Assembly: GCA_045627045.1 (NCBI GenBank)
Contig: JAZQMY010000005.1
Location: 26,531-90,530 of the forward strand
Direction: 5' to 3'
Origin: Clostridia bacterium
Lineage (GTDB): Bacteria; Bacillota; Clostridia; HGM11327
Length of the DNA stretch: 64,000 bases
Every line of letters begins with the position of its first letter. The stretch's first letter is position 1. Made by a program: the position numbers and the translations under genes. Of this stretch, positions 26,112 to 35,586 are shown in pieces. The notes beneath the pieces were generated by a model, which had not been told where the DNA came from, did no database searches, and worked only from the letters and a program-made list of their open reading frames with translations.

Positions 26112-28244
26112 TTGAGCGAAGTAAATGAACAAGAAGTCAATGCCGAAGAATTGATGAAAGAACTTGATAAGGACAGTGCAGGAAGAAATCTGTTCGGAAA
26201 AAGAAAAACTGCACTTGATGTCCTGTTTGTTCTGTTTGCAGTGGTGATGATCACTCTGACACTTATTGTGTCCGGAATGACACCTCAGACACTCAGACCT
26301 CTTTTTGTCGGTCTGGTACTTTTTATCGGTTATCTTAAATTCCCGGCATCAAAGAAGGACAGCAGAATTGTAAATTCCATACCGTGGTATGATATTGCGC
26401 TTGCGTTCCTGTCACTTGCGGTTTATCTTTATTTTCCGCTGAATCAGAACCATATTCTTATTGCGCAGACACAGATCGGTACGGTCGATATTATCGTAGG
26501 TATTATTGGCTTCATCCTTCTTGCAGAGCTTTGCAGAAGATCACTCGGTCTGCCTATGCTGATAGTTGCAGGCGGCTTCATAATTTATGCTGTAATTTAT
26601 AAGGTCAGCATCAACCCGCCTACGGCACTCAGAAACATTATTTTCGGCCTTTTCTATGATGTAAAGGGCGGCGTATTCTCAACGCCTATCGATGTTTGCT
26701 CTTCATTCATCGTGCTTTTCATCATACTCGGATCATTCCTTGAAAAGACGGGTATCGGCAAATTCTTCGTTGATCTTTCATCATCCGTTGCGGGATTTGC
26801 AGCCGGCGGCCCTGCCAAGGTAGCCGTTATTTCCAGTGCTCTTGAGGGTATGTATTCAGGCAGCTCTGTTGCAAACACGGTAGGTTCGGGATCAGTTACA
26901 ATCCCTACAATGAAAAAAATCGGATACAAGCCTGAATTTGCGGCTGCTGTAGAAGCTGCGGCATCAACAGGCGGTCAGATAATGCCTCCTATTATGGGTG
27001 CAGCGGCATTCCTTATGTCGGAAATCACACACGTTCCGTATTCAACGATCGTAATTGCGGCAATACTTCCTGCAGTGCTTTACTTCACAGGAATATTCCT
27101 TATGGTACACTTCGAAGCAAAGAGACTCGGACTCAAGGGACTCCCTAAGGACGCCATCCCGAATTTCTTCAAACTCATTCTTGAGAACGGATATCTGCTT
27201 CTTCCTGTTGTAGTTCTTGTTGTATGCATGAACCACTTCACGGCAGGTATGTCTGCTTGCTTTGCAATTCTTTTTGCACTCGTTGTAAGCCTTATTGATA
27301 AAAAGTGCGTTGTTCGCCTTTTCAAACTTAAACTTAACGGAATCAAGGACGTAATAACGATAATTCTTCCGCTTGTGCCTGTTGCATTGCTCTACCTGCT
27401 CTGGAAGGTTATAAAGCTGGATATGGGTCTTTCGGTATTCATTTCAATGCTTGCCGCAGTTCTTTGCAGTGTATTCCCGAATGAATCGATCCTCAATCCT
27501 CCTATGGTTGCAGAAGGTCTCAGCGGCGGAACTAACAGCTCCATCGGTGTTGCAGTTGCCTGCGGTATGGCGGGAATCGTTTCCGGAGTTGTAACAATGA
27601 CAGGTCTCGGATCAACACTTATGACGCTCCTTCTTCCTATCGCAGAGAAGAGCTCGTTCATTGCTCTCTTCCTGACTATGATATGCTGTATCCTGCTTGG
27701 TATGGGCGTTCCTACTACGGCAAACTACGTTATCATGGCAACGATCATGGCACCTATTCTTGTCAAGATGGGCGTACCGCTCCTTGCGGCTCATATGTTT
27801 GTTTTCTACTTCGGAATCGTTGCAGACATCACGCCTCCTGTTGCACTTGCCGCATATGCAGGCGCAGCTATTGCAAAGTCGAATCCGCTGAAAACCGGCG
27901 TCACCGCGACGAAACTGGCGATCACGGCTTTCATCATTCCTTACATATTTGCATATTCACCACAGATGCTTCTTGTTGTTGAGGGTTACACACCGAGCTT
28001 CTTCAGCATTGTAACGATCATTTTTACATCAATCGTAGGATGTATCGCACTTTCAAGCGGACTTGAGGGATACCTCAAATCAACACTCAAGTGGTGGGAG
28101 AGAATCGCACTTATCGGTGCAGGACTTTGCCTTATTGTTCCTGATCTTCTTTCAGACGGAATAGGACTTGCAGTGGTCGTAATCATTGCGGCAATTCAGT
28201 TCTTCTTTGACAAGAACAGAGAAAAAAACAAAACAGCTGAATAA
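26112..28244 (+). CDS. TRAP transporter fused permease (TAXI-associated 4TM/12TM)
   Basis: 710 aa polytopic protein. TTG start 9 nt after AGGAGG. Directly downstream of the TAXI receptor. Confidence 0.85.
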   Translation: MSEVNEQEVNAEELMKELDKDSAGRNLFGKRKTALDVLFVLFAVVMITLTLIVSGMTPQTLRPLFVGLVLFIGYLKFPASKKDSRIVNSIPWYDIALAFLSLAVYLYFPLNQNHILIAQTQIGTVDIIVGIIGFILLAELCRRSLGLPMLIVAGGFIIYAVIYKVSINPPTALRNIIFGLFYDVKGGVFSTPIDVCSSFIVLFIILGSFLEKTGIGKFFVDLSSSVAGFAAGGPAKVAVISSALEGMYSGSSVANTVGSGSVTIPTMKKIGYKPEFAAAVEAAASTGGQIMPPIMGAAAFLMSEITHVPYSTIVIAAILPAVLYFTGIFLMVHFEAKRLGLKGLPKDAIPNFFKLILENGYLLLPVVVLVVCMNHFTAGMSACFAILFALVVSLIDKKCVVRLFKLKLNGIKDVITIILPLVPVALLYLLWKVIKLDMGLSVFISMLAAVLCSVFPNESILNPPMVAEGLSGGTNSSIGVAVACGMAGIVSGVVTMTGLGSTLMTLLLPIAEKSSFIALFLTMICCILLGMGVPTTANYVIMATIMAPILVKMGVPLLAAHMFVFYFGIVADITPPVALAAYAGAAIAKSNPLKTGVTATKLAITAFIIPYIFAYSPQMLLVVEGYTPSFFSIVTIIFTSIVGCIALSSGLEGYLKSTLKWWERIALIGAGLCLIVPDLLSDGIGLAVVVIIAAIQFFFDKNREKNKTAE

Positions 28245-28251
28245 AAAATGT

Positions 28252-28280
28252 GCGCCCGGATAAAATGCCGGGCGCTTTTG
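28252..28280 (+). terminator. Rho-independent terminator
   Basis: GCGCCCGG-ataaaatg-CCGGGCGC followed by TTTT. Confidence 0.85.
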
Positions 28281-28352
28281 ACTAAAGCGTATGTCCGGAT
28301 TTGATCCGGGCGGAATGATATTTGAAAAAAAGAAGGCTGAGGAACTGAAAAA

Positions 28353-29033
28353 ATGAATAACAGTTTTAAGGACATATTGAAAAACTCTCTGCTTGCGGTT
28401 GCGGGATTGTTTCTTTTCGGATTCGGCGTGCACCTGACGATTCAGGCAAACATTGGCGCCGCACCGTGGGATGCATTTGCCCTCGGACTTTCGTCCACGA
28501 TAGGCATAAAATACGGCACGGCAAGTGTAATTATTTCTTTGATTCTTATTGTGGTGGATATATTGCTCAGGGAAAAGATAGGAATAGGAATGTTCCTTGA
28601 CGCAATAACGGTAGGAAAGACGGTTGACCTTTTTGATTGGCTCGGCTGGATACCGAAGCAGGAAAATATTTTCTCAGGCATATTGATAATGCTCGGCGGA
28701 CTTGTGATAATGGGCTTCGCACAGTATATGTATATGAAGGCGTCGCTTGGCTGCGGCCCGAGAGATACACTTCTTGTGGGCTTGAAGAGAAGAACGAAAA
28801 AGATACCGATAGGCGTTATAAGCATAATGATTCTTGCTGTGGTAACGTTTGCAGGCTGGCTTCTCGGAGGACCTATCGGAATAGGCACTATAATATGCGC
28901 CTTCCTTGAAGGGCCTGTAATGCAGCTTGATTTCAGAATAGTGAAATTTGAGCCGACAGAGATAAAACATCAGGGAATAATAGAGTCATTCAGAATAATA
29001 TTCAAACTCAATAACAAAAGATCCGGTGAGTAA
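28353..29033 (+). CDS. YczE/YitT-like membrane protein
   Basis: GLFLFGFGVHLTIQANIGAAPWDAF is typical of the YczE/YyaS family. Confidence 0.7.
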   Translation: MNNSFKDILKNSLLAVAGLFLFGFGVHLTIQANIGAAPWDAFALGLSSTIGIKYGTASVIISLILIVVDILLREKIGIGMFLDAITVGKTVDLFDWLGWIPKQENIFSGILIMLGGLVIMGFAQYMYMKASLGCGPRDTLLVGLKRRTKKIPIGVISIMILAVVTFAGWLLGGPIGIGTIICAFLEGPVMQLDFRIVKFEPTEIKHQGIIESFRIIFKLNNKRSGE

Positions 29034-29046
29034 TCCGGATCTTTTT
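29016..29046. terminator. Bidirectional terminator overlapping the stop codon
   Basis: AAAAGATCCGG-tgagtaat-CCGGATCTTTT. Confidence 0.8.
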
Positions 29047-29076
29047 GTGTTTTTATGATACTCCTTTTTATCTTCC

Positions 29077-29892
29077 TCAATCGTTTCCGATTATATCCCT
29101 TGCAACCTGTGCTGAAAGCCTGTAAAAGAGCATCAGAGCCTTGTAGCTGAGCGCTTCCGGCGGCTTGACTTCAAGATTGAATGAGCCCTTGTAGCCGCAG
29201 GTACGGACGGTTTGAGCAAAGCTCTTCCAGTCGACACCACCCATGAAGCCGGGAATCATGTGCAGATCATCCGTGTATACTGTGGAGTGGATGTGAAGCG
29301 CCGTAAGCTTGTGCTTTAATTTTTCAAGCATTTCATTTACGTTCTGACCGCGGATGAGAGCGTGTCCCGTGTCAAGACAGGCACCGACGTAGGGAGAAGC
29401 GAAGTAGTCCGAATAGAAGAGAAGGTCTTCTGCCGAGGACAGGAATGCGTCTCCGAAGTCACCGTTGTAGATATTTTCGGTTGAGAGGATCACATTCTTC
29501 TTTTCAAGCGAGGGGAGAAGCTTTTCGATAAGGCGGATATTTGAAGTGCGGCTTTCCTCTCTTTCTTTTCCGTAATAAAGGTGAACGACAGCTGTCCTGC
29601 AGCCCGTATCGCCCGTGAGCTCAATTCCGCGGATCATTCTCGGAAGAATGAATTCTTCGTACTCTTCATACGTTGAGAACTCCGGATAATGAGAGGGCCA
29701 GAACGGAAGATGTGTCTGGCAGATTTTTAAGCCTGCTTTTTGTGCATCGGAATATTTTTTCATTATTGTATCGGAAAAGCCTGCCTCAAGAATATGATCA
29801 AGGTTATTAAGCGGAAGATCGATTCCGTTGAAGCCTGCCTCTGCAAGCTCGGAATAATACTGATTTAAGCCACAGATGATTGAAATGTCCAT
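29077..29892 (-). CDS. Sugar phosphate isomerase/epimerase (xylose-isomerase-like TIM barrel)
   Basis: AP_endonuc_2-type motifs (..VVHLYY.., CLDTGHA, LHIH). Start placed at ATG 29892 after GAGG; a TTG at 29910 is also possible. Confidence 0.75.
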   Translation of the reverse strand: MDISIICGLNQYYSELAEAGFNGIDLPLNNLDHILEAGFSDTIMKKYSDAQKAGLKICQTHLPFWPSHYPEFSTYEEYEEFILPRMIRGIELTGDTGCRTAVVHLYYGKEREESRTSNIRLIEKLLPSLEKKNVILSTENIYNGDFGDAFLSSAEDLLFYSDYFASPYVGACLDTGHALIRGQNVNEMLEKLKHKLTALHIHSTVYTDDLHMIPGFMGGVDWKSFAQTVRTCGYKGSFNLEVKPPEALSYKALMLFYRLSAQVARDIIGND

Positions 29893-30008
29893 AGTAACCT
29901 CAAGATTCAATGTGATTTTGAATTATATTATATCACTCAAACTGAAAAATGTAAATAATGAGATTTAACAATGGCAGATTTGCAATAAAAACATGACTGT
30001 AAATGCTA

Positions 30009-30037
30009 TTGACAATCAGGGAGCGATGTATTATAAT
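30009..30037 (+). promoter_or_regulatory. Consensus promoter upstream of nrdG
   Basis: TTGACA, 17 nt, TATAAT. Confidence 0.7.
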
Positions 30038-30135
30038 TTAGTTGTATTTTTACAGTGAATTTTATTTTATTCCGTTTTTCGGAAAAACATGATCTGCCTG
30101 TATTTTATAATTGATTCTTGTAAGAGGAAATGAAA

Positions 30136-30828
30136 ATGATATTCAACGGCTTTCAGAAAATGACACTTCTTGACTTCCCGGGAAAGGTTGCGATTACTGT
30201 TTTTACGGGAGGATGCAACTTCAGATGCCCTTTTTGCCACAATGCACTGCTTGTGACGAAGACGAACGAATTGCAGGAATACAAGGAGGAAGAGATACTT
30301 GATTTTCTGAAGAAAAGAAAGGGCCTTCTTGACGGCGTTGCGATAACGGGCGGAGAACCGCTTCTTCAGAAGGATATTGAGGGCTTTATGGAGAAGGCAA
30401 AGGACCTCGGCTTTGAAGTGAAGCTGGATACGAACGGAAGCTACCCTGAAAGGCTGAAGGAAATAGTGGCACACGGACTTGTGGACTATGTTGCAGTTGA
30501 TATCAAGAATTCAAAGGAAAAATATGCCTCTACCGTAGGTCTGAAGAATTTTGATATAGGAAAGATCGATGAGACGATAAGCTTTCTGATGCAGAAAACT
30601 GTCCCGTTTGAATTCAGAACTACCGTGGTGGATGAACTTCATGAGGTGGAGGATATAGTAAAAATATCCGAATGGATAAAAGGTGATGAACCATATTATC
30701 TCCAGAACTTTGTTGACAGCGGAGATCTGATTACTCCGGGACTTCATGCGGCTTCAAAGGAAAAGATGCTTGAAATGCGTGAAAAAGCAGCTTCGGCGGT
30801 TCCGAACACGTATTTGAGAGGTCTGTGA
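30136..30828 (+). CDS. nrdG: Anaerobic ribonucleoside-triphosphate reductase activating protein (radical SAM)
   Basis: SLLDFPGK-type N-terminus (TLLDFPGKVA) and CNFRCPFCHN (CX3CX2C). Start at ATG 30136 has better SD spacing than 30130. Confidence 0.9.
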   Translation: MIFNGFQKMTLLDFPGKVAITVFTGGCNFRCPFCHNALLVTKTNELQEYKEEEILDFLKKRKGLLDGVAITGGEPLLQKDIEGFMEKAKDLGFEVKLDTNGSYPERLKEIVAHGLVDYVAVDIKNSKEKYASTVGLKNFDIGKIDETISFLMQKTVPFEFRTTVVDELHEVEDIVKISEWIKGDEPYYLQNFVDSGDLITPGLHAASKEKMLEMREKAASAVPNTYLRGL

Positions 30829-30895
30829 GAAAATCAATATATAGTATAATGAGAGCAAAAAATCATTTTTTTCTACAAAATATCAGAAAAAATGA

Positions 30896-30924
30896 TTGAC
30901 AAATGAGGAATAATGTGATATACT
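30896..30924 (+). promoter_or_regulatory. Promoter upstream of nrdD
   Basis: TTGACA, 17 nt, extended -10 TGaTATACT. Confidence 0.65.
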
Positions 30925-31014
30925 TTTCACATAGTTGGAAATAAAGAGGAAGAGTGCAATAAGCATATGAACTCTGCAGATTACCAAAGAAAAAACAAAA
31001 AAGGATAGTTTAAT

Positions 31015-33390
31015 ATGTACAACGTCAAAAAAAGAGATGGAAAGGTAGTAGAGTTCAATCTTTCCAAAATTAAAGATGCTATAATAAAGGCATTTGATGC
31101 CTGCAATAAACAGTACCACCCGGATACGATTGATTTTCTTTCACTCAAGGTCACAGCAGACTTTGAATCAAAGGTGAAGGACGGTATTATTTCCGTTGAA
31201 TCCATTCAGGACAGCGTTGAAACTGTTCTTATCAAAGCAGGCTATGATGACGTTGCAAAGGCATATATTCTTTACCGTAAGCAGAGAGAAAAGCTCCGTA
31301 ACATCGACAAGACAACTCTTGACTACAAGAAGACTGTTGATGATTACATGAAGAACCTTGACTGGAGAGTCAAAGAGAACTCCACTGTAACTTATTCTGT
31401 CGGCGGTCTCATCCTTTCAAACTCAGGAGCTATTACGGCTAACTACTGGCTCTCCGAGGTTTATGATGAAGAGATTGCAGATGCGCACAGAAATGCAGAT
31501 ATTCACATTCACGATCTTTCAATGCTTACAGGCTACTGCGCAGGCTGGTCACTCAAGCAGCTCATTCAGGAGGGTCTCGGCGGTGTAACAGGCAAGATCA
31601 CTTCTTCACCTGCATCACATCTTTCCACTCTCTGCAACCAGATGGTAAACTTCCTCGGTATCATGCAGAACGAATGGGCAGGCGCACAGGCTTTCTCATC
31701 ATTTGATACTTATCTTGCTCCGTTTGTAAAGGTGGACAACCTTTCATATAAAGAAGTCAAGCAGTGCATCCAGTCTTTCATTTACGGTGTAAATACTCCT
31801 TCAAGATGGGGTACACAGTCTCCGTTTACAAATATCACTCTTGACTGGACAGTTCCGAACGATCTTTCCGAGCTCAACTGTATTGTAGGTGGCAAAGAGG
31901 TTGACTTCAAGTATAAGGATTGTAAGAAAGAAATGGATATGGTGAACAAGGCGTTCATCGAAATTATGATCGAAGGCGATGCTAACGGCAGAGGCTTCCA
32001 GTATCCTATTCCGACATACTCCATCACAAAGAATTTTGACTGGTCAGATACGGAAAACAACCGTCTCCTTTTTGAAATGACGGCAAAATACGGCACACCT
32101 TATTTTTCAAATTACATCAACAGCGATATGGAGCCTTCTGATGTAAGAAGTATGTGCTGCAGACTTCGTCTCGATCTCCGTGAACTCAGAAAGAAATCCG
32201 GCGGCTACTTCGGAAGCGGCGAGAGCACAGGTTCGGTCGGCGTTGTAACGATCAATATGCCGAGAATAGCATTCCTTTCTGCCGATAAGTCAGACTTCTA
32301 TCAGAGACTTGACAGACTCATGGATATTGCGGCCCGTTCGCTCAAGATCAAGAGAACGGTCATCACGAAGCTCCTTGAGAATGGCCTCTATCCGTACACA
32401 AAGAGATACCTCGGAACTTTTGCAAACCACTTTTCAACAATCGGTCTCGTAGGCATGAATGAAGCCTGCCTCAATGCAAAGTGGATAGGTCACGATCTCA
32501 CATGTGAGGATGCACAGAAGTTTACGCAGGAAGTTCTCAATCATATGCGTGACAGACTTTCTGACTATCAGGTCGAATACGGCGATCTCTACAACCTCGA
32601 AGCAACACCTGCAGAGTCAACGGCTTACCGTCTTGCAAAGCACGATATTGCACGTTATCCGAGCATTATCACTGCCGCAAAGAAGGAAGGAGATACTCCT
32701 TACTACACAAACAGCTCACATCTCCCTGTCGGATATACAGAGGATATCTTTACTGCACTTGAGATCCAGGATGATCTCCAGACACTCTATACATCAGGTA
32801 CTGTATTCCATGCATTCCTCGGCGAAAAGCTTCCGAACTGGAAGGCTGCCGCAACTCTCGTCAGAAAGATCGCAGAAAACTTCAGACTTCCTTACTACAC
32901 GCTTTCTCCTACGTACTCTATCTGCAAGAATCACGGATATATCCCCGGCGAGCAGTATGTTTGCCCGGAGTGCGGTGAGCACACAGAGGTTTACAGCAGA
33001 ATAACAGGCTACTACCGCCCTGTTCAAAACTGGAACGTAGGCAAGACACAGGAATTCAAAGACAGAAAGGTTTATGATATGGGTAAATCTGTTCTGAAGA
33101 CAAAGGAAGCTCATGTTGAGGAAGCTGCGGAAACAGCTGCTGAGACAGTCGTTTCAAACGATGAGAACAGAGCGATCCTCTTTGCAACTCCTACCTGCCC
33201 TAACTGCAAGATAGCTGCCGCAACACTCGACAAGGCCGGATTTGCTTATGAAAAGATTTTTGCAACCGATGCTCCCGAGCTTGCCCAGAAATTTGGCGTA
33301 AAGCAGGCACCGACACTCGTAGTTGTCAAGGACGGCGAGTTCACAAGATACACAGGTGTTTCCGATATCAAGAAATTCCTCGCACATTGA
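31015..33390 (+). CDS. nrdD: Anaerobic (class III) ribonucleoside-triphosphate reductase with C-terminal thioredoxin-fold extension
   Basis: N-terminal ATP-cone (VKKRDGKVVEF). Zn ribbon CPECG. Glycyl-radical motif SRITGYYRPV. This is followed by a linker of about 35 aa and an 80-aa CPNC thioredoxin/glutaredoxin-like domain. Confidence 0.92.
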   Translation: MYNVKKRDGKVVEFNLSKIKDAIIKAFDACNKQYHPDTIDFLSLKVTADFESKVKDGIISVESIQDSVETVLIKAGYDDVAKAYILYRKQREKLRNIDKTTLDYKKTVDDYMKNLDWRVKENSTVTYSVGGLILSNSGAITANYWLSEVYDEEIADAHRNADIHIHDLSMLTGYCAGWSLKQLIQEGLGGVTGKITSSPASHLSTLCNQMVNFLGIMQNEWAGAQAFSSFDTYLAPFVKVDNLSYKEVKQCIQSFIYGVNTPSRWGTQSPFTNITLDWTVPNDLSELNCIVGGKEVDFKYKDCKKEMDMVNKAFIEIMIEGDANGRGFQYPIPTYSITKNFDWSDTENNRLLFEMTAKYGTPYFSNYINSDMEPSDVRSMCCRLRLDLRELRKKSGGYFGSGESTGSVGVVTINMPRIAFLSADKSDFYQRLDRLMDIAARSLKIKRTVITKLLENGLYPYTKRYLGTFANHFSTIGLVGMNEACLNAKWIGHDLTCEDAQKFTQEVLNHMRDRLSDYQVEYGDLYNLEATPAESTAYRLAKHDIARYPSIITAAKKEGDTPYYTNSSHLPVGYTEDIFTALEIQDDLQTLYTSGTVFHAFLGEKLPNWKAAATLVRKIAENFRLPYYTLSPTYSICKNHGYIPGEQYVCPECGEHTEVYSRITGYYRPVQNWNVGKTQEFKDRKVYDMGKSVLKTKEAHVEEAAETAAETVVSNDENRAILFATPTCPNCKIAAATLDKAGFAYEKIFATDAPELAQKFGVKQAPTLVVVKDGEFTRYTGVSDIKKFLAH

Positions 33391-33401
33391 TAAAAATATC
33401 C

Positions 33402-33437
33402 GGCGTGAATGCCTGAACGGGTTTCACGCCTTTTTTA
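33402..33437 (+). terminator. Rho-independent terminator after nrdD
   Basis: GGCGTGAA-13 nt-TTCACGCC followed by TTTTTT. Confidence 0.8.
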
Positions 33438-33466
33438 TTACCTAATATCAAAGGACAAATAAAGCT

Positions 33467-34372
33467 ATGTATGACGTAATTATCATCGGCGGAGGTCCGG
33501 CAGGACTTACGGCCGCACTCTATGCAAGAAGAGCAAACAAGACGGTATTGCTTATAGAAAAAGAAACCTTCGGAGGGCAGATCACTTTTTCACCAAAGGT
33601 TGAGAATATTCCGGGCTTTATTGAGCTTTCGGGAAACGAATTTGCCGAGAAGCTTGTTGAGCAGGTGCTCAATCAGGGAGCAGATTTCGAATCGGCAGAG
33701 GTAACGAAGATAATCAATTCAAATCCCAAAAAGGTTATTACCGATGCAGGAGAATATGAATCAAAGGCGGTAATAATTGCCGCAGGAGCAAAGCACAGAC
33801 TCACAGGTGCGGCAAACGAAGAGAAATTCATCGGAAACGGAATATCGTTCTGCGCAGTATGTGACGGAGCGTTCTACAAGGATAAGACAGTTGCAGTGAT
33901 AGGCGGCGGAAATTCTGCCCTTCAGGAGGCTGTATTGCTGTCAGAACTTGCAAAAAAGGTCATCGTGGTGCAGAATCTTGATTTTCTTACAGGCGAAGAG
34001 AAGCTCAGAGAACAGCTCTACGCAAAGGCTAATGTTGAGATAATTTACGGCGCGGTGATGGACGAATATCTCGGCGACGATGAGCTTACGGGCATAAGAA
34101 TAAAGAAAACGGCAAACGGTGAGACACAGGATGTAGCACTTGACGGCGTATTTGTGGCAATAGGACTTGTGCCGCAGAACGAACCGTTTGCAGACCTTGT
34201 TGCGCTTGACGGCAGAGGATATGTTGATTCGGACGAATCCTGCAGAACAAATGCGGACGGAATTTTTGTTGCCGGAGATTGCAGACGCAAGACGGTAAGA
34301 CAGGTCACAACGGCTGCTGCTGACGGTGCAGCGGCGGCTCTTGCGGCGTGCGATTGGGCAGACAGAAACTGA
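33467..34372 (+). CDS. trxB: Thioredoxin-disulfide reductase
   Basis: GGGPAG FAD motif, redox-active CAVCDG, and the GGGNSA NADPH motif. Confidence 0.93.
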   Translation: MYDVIIIGGGPAGLTAALYARRANKTVLLIEKETFGGQITFSPKVENIPGFIELSGNEFAEKLVEQVLNQGADFESAEVTKIINSNPKKVITDAGEYESKAVIIAAGAKHRLTGAANEEKFIGNGISFCAVCDGAFYKDKTVAVIGGGNSALQEAVLLSELAKKVIVVQNLDFLTGEEKLREQLYAKANVEIIYGAVMDEYLGDDELTGIRIKKTANGETQDVALDGVFVAIGLVPQNEPFADLVALDGRGYVDSDESCRTNADGIFVAGDCRRKTVRQVTTAAADGAAAALAACDWADRN

Positions 34373-34393
34373 TAAATGAAATAATAATAAATC

Positions 34394-34436
34394 AACCCCG
34401 ATGAGAACATCAATCTCATCGGGGTTATGTTTTTCA
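34394..34436. terminator. Bidirectional terminator
   Basis: 13-bp perfect hairpin AACCCCGATGAGA / TCTCATCGGGGTT with a downstream T-run. Confidence 0.8.
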
Positions 34437-34453
34437 TAAAGAATCAATGGCTC

Positions 34454-35152
34454 TCATTCAAAGAACTTTCTGTACTTCAGTCCGTCTTTGAAAACGAAAT
34501 GCTTTTCAATGATTTTTGAGAAGAAGGCAATGGCAGGAGCATTCACAACGGCACAGATTATCGTTCCCCATTTGATGCCTTCAAAATGCATCCATCCGAA
34601 GAAGAGGAATGACATGGCTACTGCCACGATACAGCTCACGATATCATATATAAGCTTGACTTTATTGATATTGACCGAATATCTGACGGAATACTCACGC
34701 ACAAAAAGCTCATACACTTCCGGCGACACATACGAGTGAAACAGAAATGAAATAGCAAGCGTGCAGATGAGGAAGCCGAAAACATAGTAAATAAGCTTCA
34801 GGGCAAAGCTTTCGTGAGGCAGCAGGTTGATCAGAACTGTTGCGCCGTCAAGCGATAAGCCGTAAAGAATGGCGGTTACGAAAGAGAATATGTAGGAAAC
34901 CTTGAATCTCCTTATCACGAGGCACATTATCACGAGAAGCATTGCCTGAAGGGTATATTCAGCCATGCCGAAAGAGAAGAACGGAAGCGCTTCCGATAGC
35001 TTCAGATGAAGAATATATGCCGGAGCAACAACGTTGCACACACCGAAATCGGCAAACGCCATAAGGGCTGTGCCTGTTGCAAGCAGAACTATTCCGAGGA
35101 CATAGGCAAGCTCATTGTAAAAAATATGCTTTGTCGGTTTTGCTTCTGACAT
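34454..35152 (-). CDS. Polytopic membrane protein (YitT/DUF6198-like)
   Basis: 232 aa with about 6 TM segments. Architecture is similar to the 28353 gene. Family call is tentative. Confidence 0.55.
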   Translation of the reverse strand: MSEAKPTKHIFYNELAYVLGIVLLATGTALMAFADFGVCNVVAPAYILHLKLSEALPFFSFGMAEYTLQAMLLVIMCLVIRRFKVSYIFSFVTAILYGLSLDGATVLINLLPHESFALKLIYYVFGFLICTLAISFLFHSYVSPEVYELFVREYSVRYSVNINKVKLIYDIVSCIVAVAMSFLFFGWMHFEGIKWGTIICAVVNAPAIAFFSKIIEKHFVFKDGLKYRKFFE

Positions 35153-35240
35153 AATAAAGTCCTTTCCGCAAACAAAATTTATGATAAAAAGCCTTCGGAG
35201 AAATTATCGCTGGTAATATGCAATATCAATTCCCGAAAAC

Positions 35241-35277
35241 AAAAAACTCACCTTTATCAGTCAGACAAAAGTGAGTC
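35241..35277 (-). terminator. Terminator after tRNA-Leu(UAA)
   Basis: Minus strand ACTCAC(TTT)...(AAA)GGTGAGT followed by TTTTTT. Confidence 0.6.
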
Positions 35278-35279
35278 TC

Positions 35280-35366
35280 TGGTGCCGAAGACCGGACTTG
35301 AACCGGTACGATTTTTAGGTCCCGGGATTTTAAGTCCCGTGCGACTGCCTATTCCGCCACTCCGGC
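35280..35366 (-). tRNA. tRNA-Leu (anticodon UAA)
   Basis: 87-nt class II tRNA. Acceptor GCCGGAG/CTTCGGC, anticodon arm CGGGA-CTTAAAA-TCCCG, long variable arm, T arm ACCGG-TTCAAGT-CCGGT, encoded CCA. Confidence 0.93.
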
Positions 35367-35389
35367 ATATAATTATCAAAAACTGATTT

Positions 35390-35458
35390 TGCCGACGGGA
35401 TTTTAAGTCTCGTGCAGTCCGAATGTCAGCAAGCTGACAACCATTCCGCCACTCCGGC
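35390..35458 (-). ncRNA. tRNA-Leu-derived tRNA-like element B (69 nt, non-canonical)
   Basis: The first 16 nt are identical to the tRNA-Leu(UAA) 5' end. Its 3' end CGTCGGC-A can pair with that 5' end as an acceptor-like stem. It retains a CTTAAAA anticodon-like loop but has no T arm and an extra TGTCAG-cttg-CTGACA hairpin. Confidence 0.5.
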
Positions 35459-35477
35459 AAAAAAATCAATTAAACAT

Positions 35478-35550
35478 TGCCAGACGGGATTTGTAAGAAG
35501 CCCATGCAGTCTGAATGTCAGCAAGCAGACAACCATTCCGCCACTCCGGC
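35478..35550 (-). ncRNA. tRNA-Leu-derived tRNA-like element A (73 nt, non-canonical)
   Basis: Same 5' 23 nt as element B. The 3' GTCTGGC-A pairs 6 of 7 with the 5' GCCGGAG. The internal arms do not fold as a cloverleaf. Confidence 0.5.
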
Positions 35551-35586
35551 AAAGAATATCAAATCAAAGCAAAATTGATTATTATT

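Noticed and set aside
30836-30935. NrdR boxes upstream of nrdD (CAATATATAG at 30834-30843 and TGTGATATACTTTTCACA at 30914-30931).
   Set aside because: There are only partial matches to the remembered 16-bp NrdR consensus, and the spacing between candidates does not fit the usual tandem arrangement.
35390-35550. Whether the two tRNA-like elements are canonical tRNA genes (extra Leu isoacceptors, tRNA-Sec) or att-site remnants.
   Set aside because: No 5-bp stem with a 7-nt anticodon loop and no TTC-loop T arm could be folded at any register, so they are not called tRNA. They duplicate the tRNA 5' end rather than the 3' end, which is atypical for integration scars. Kept as ncRNA candidates only.
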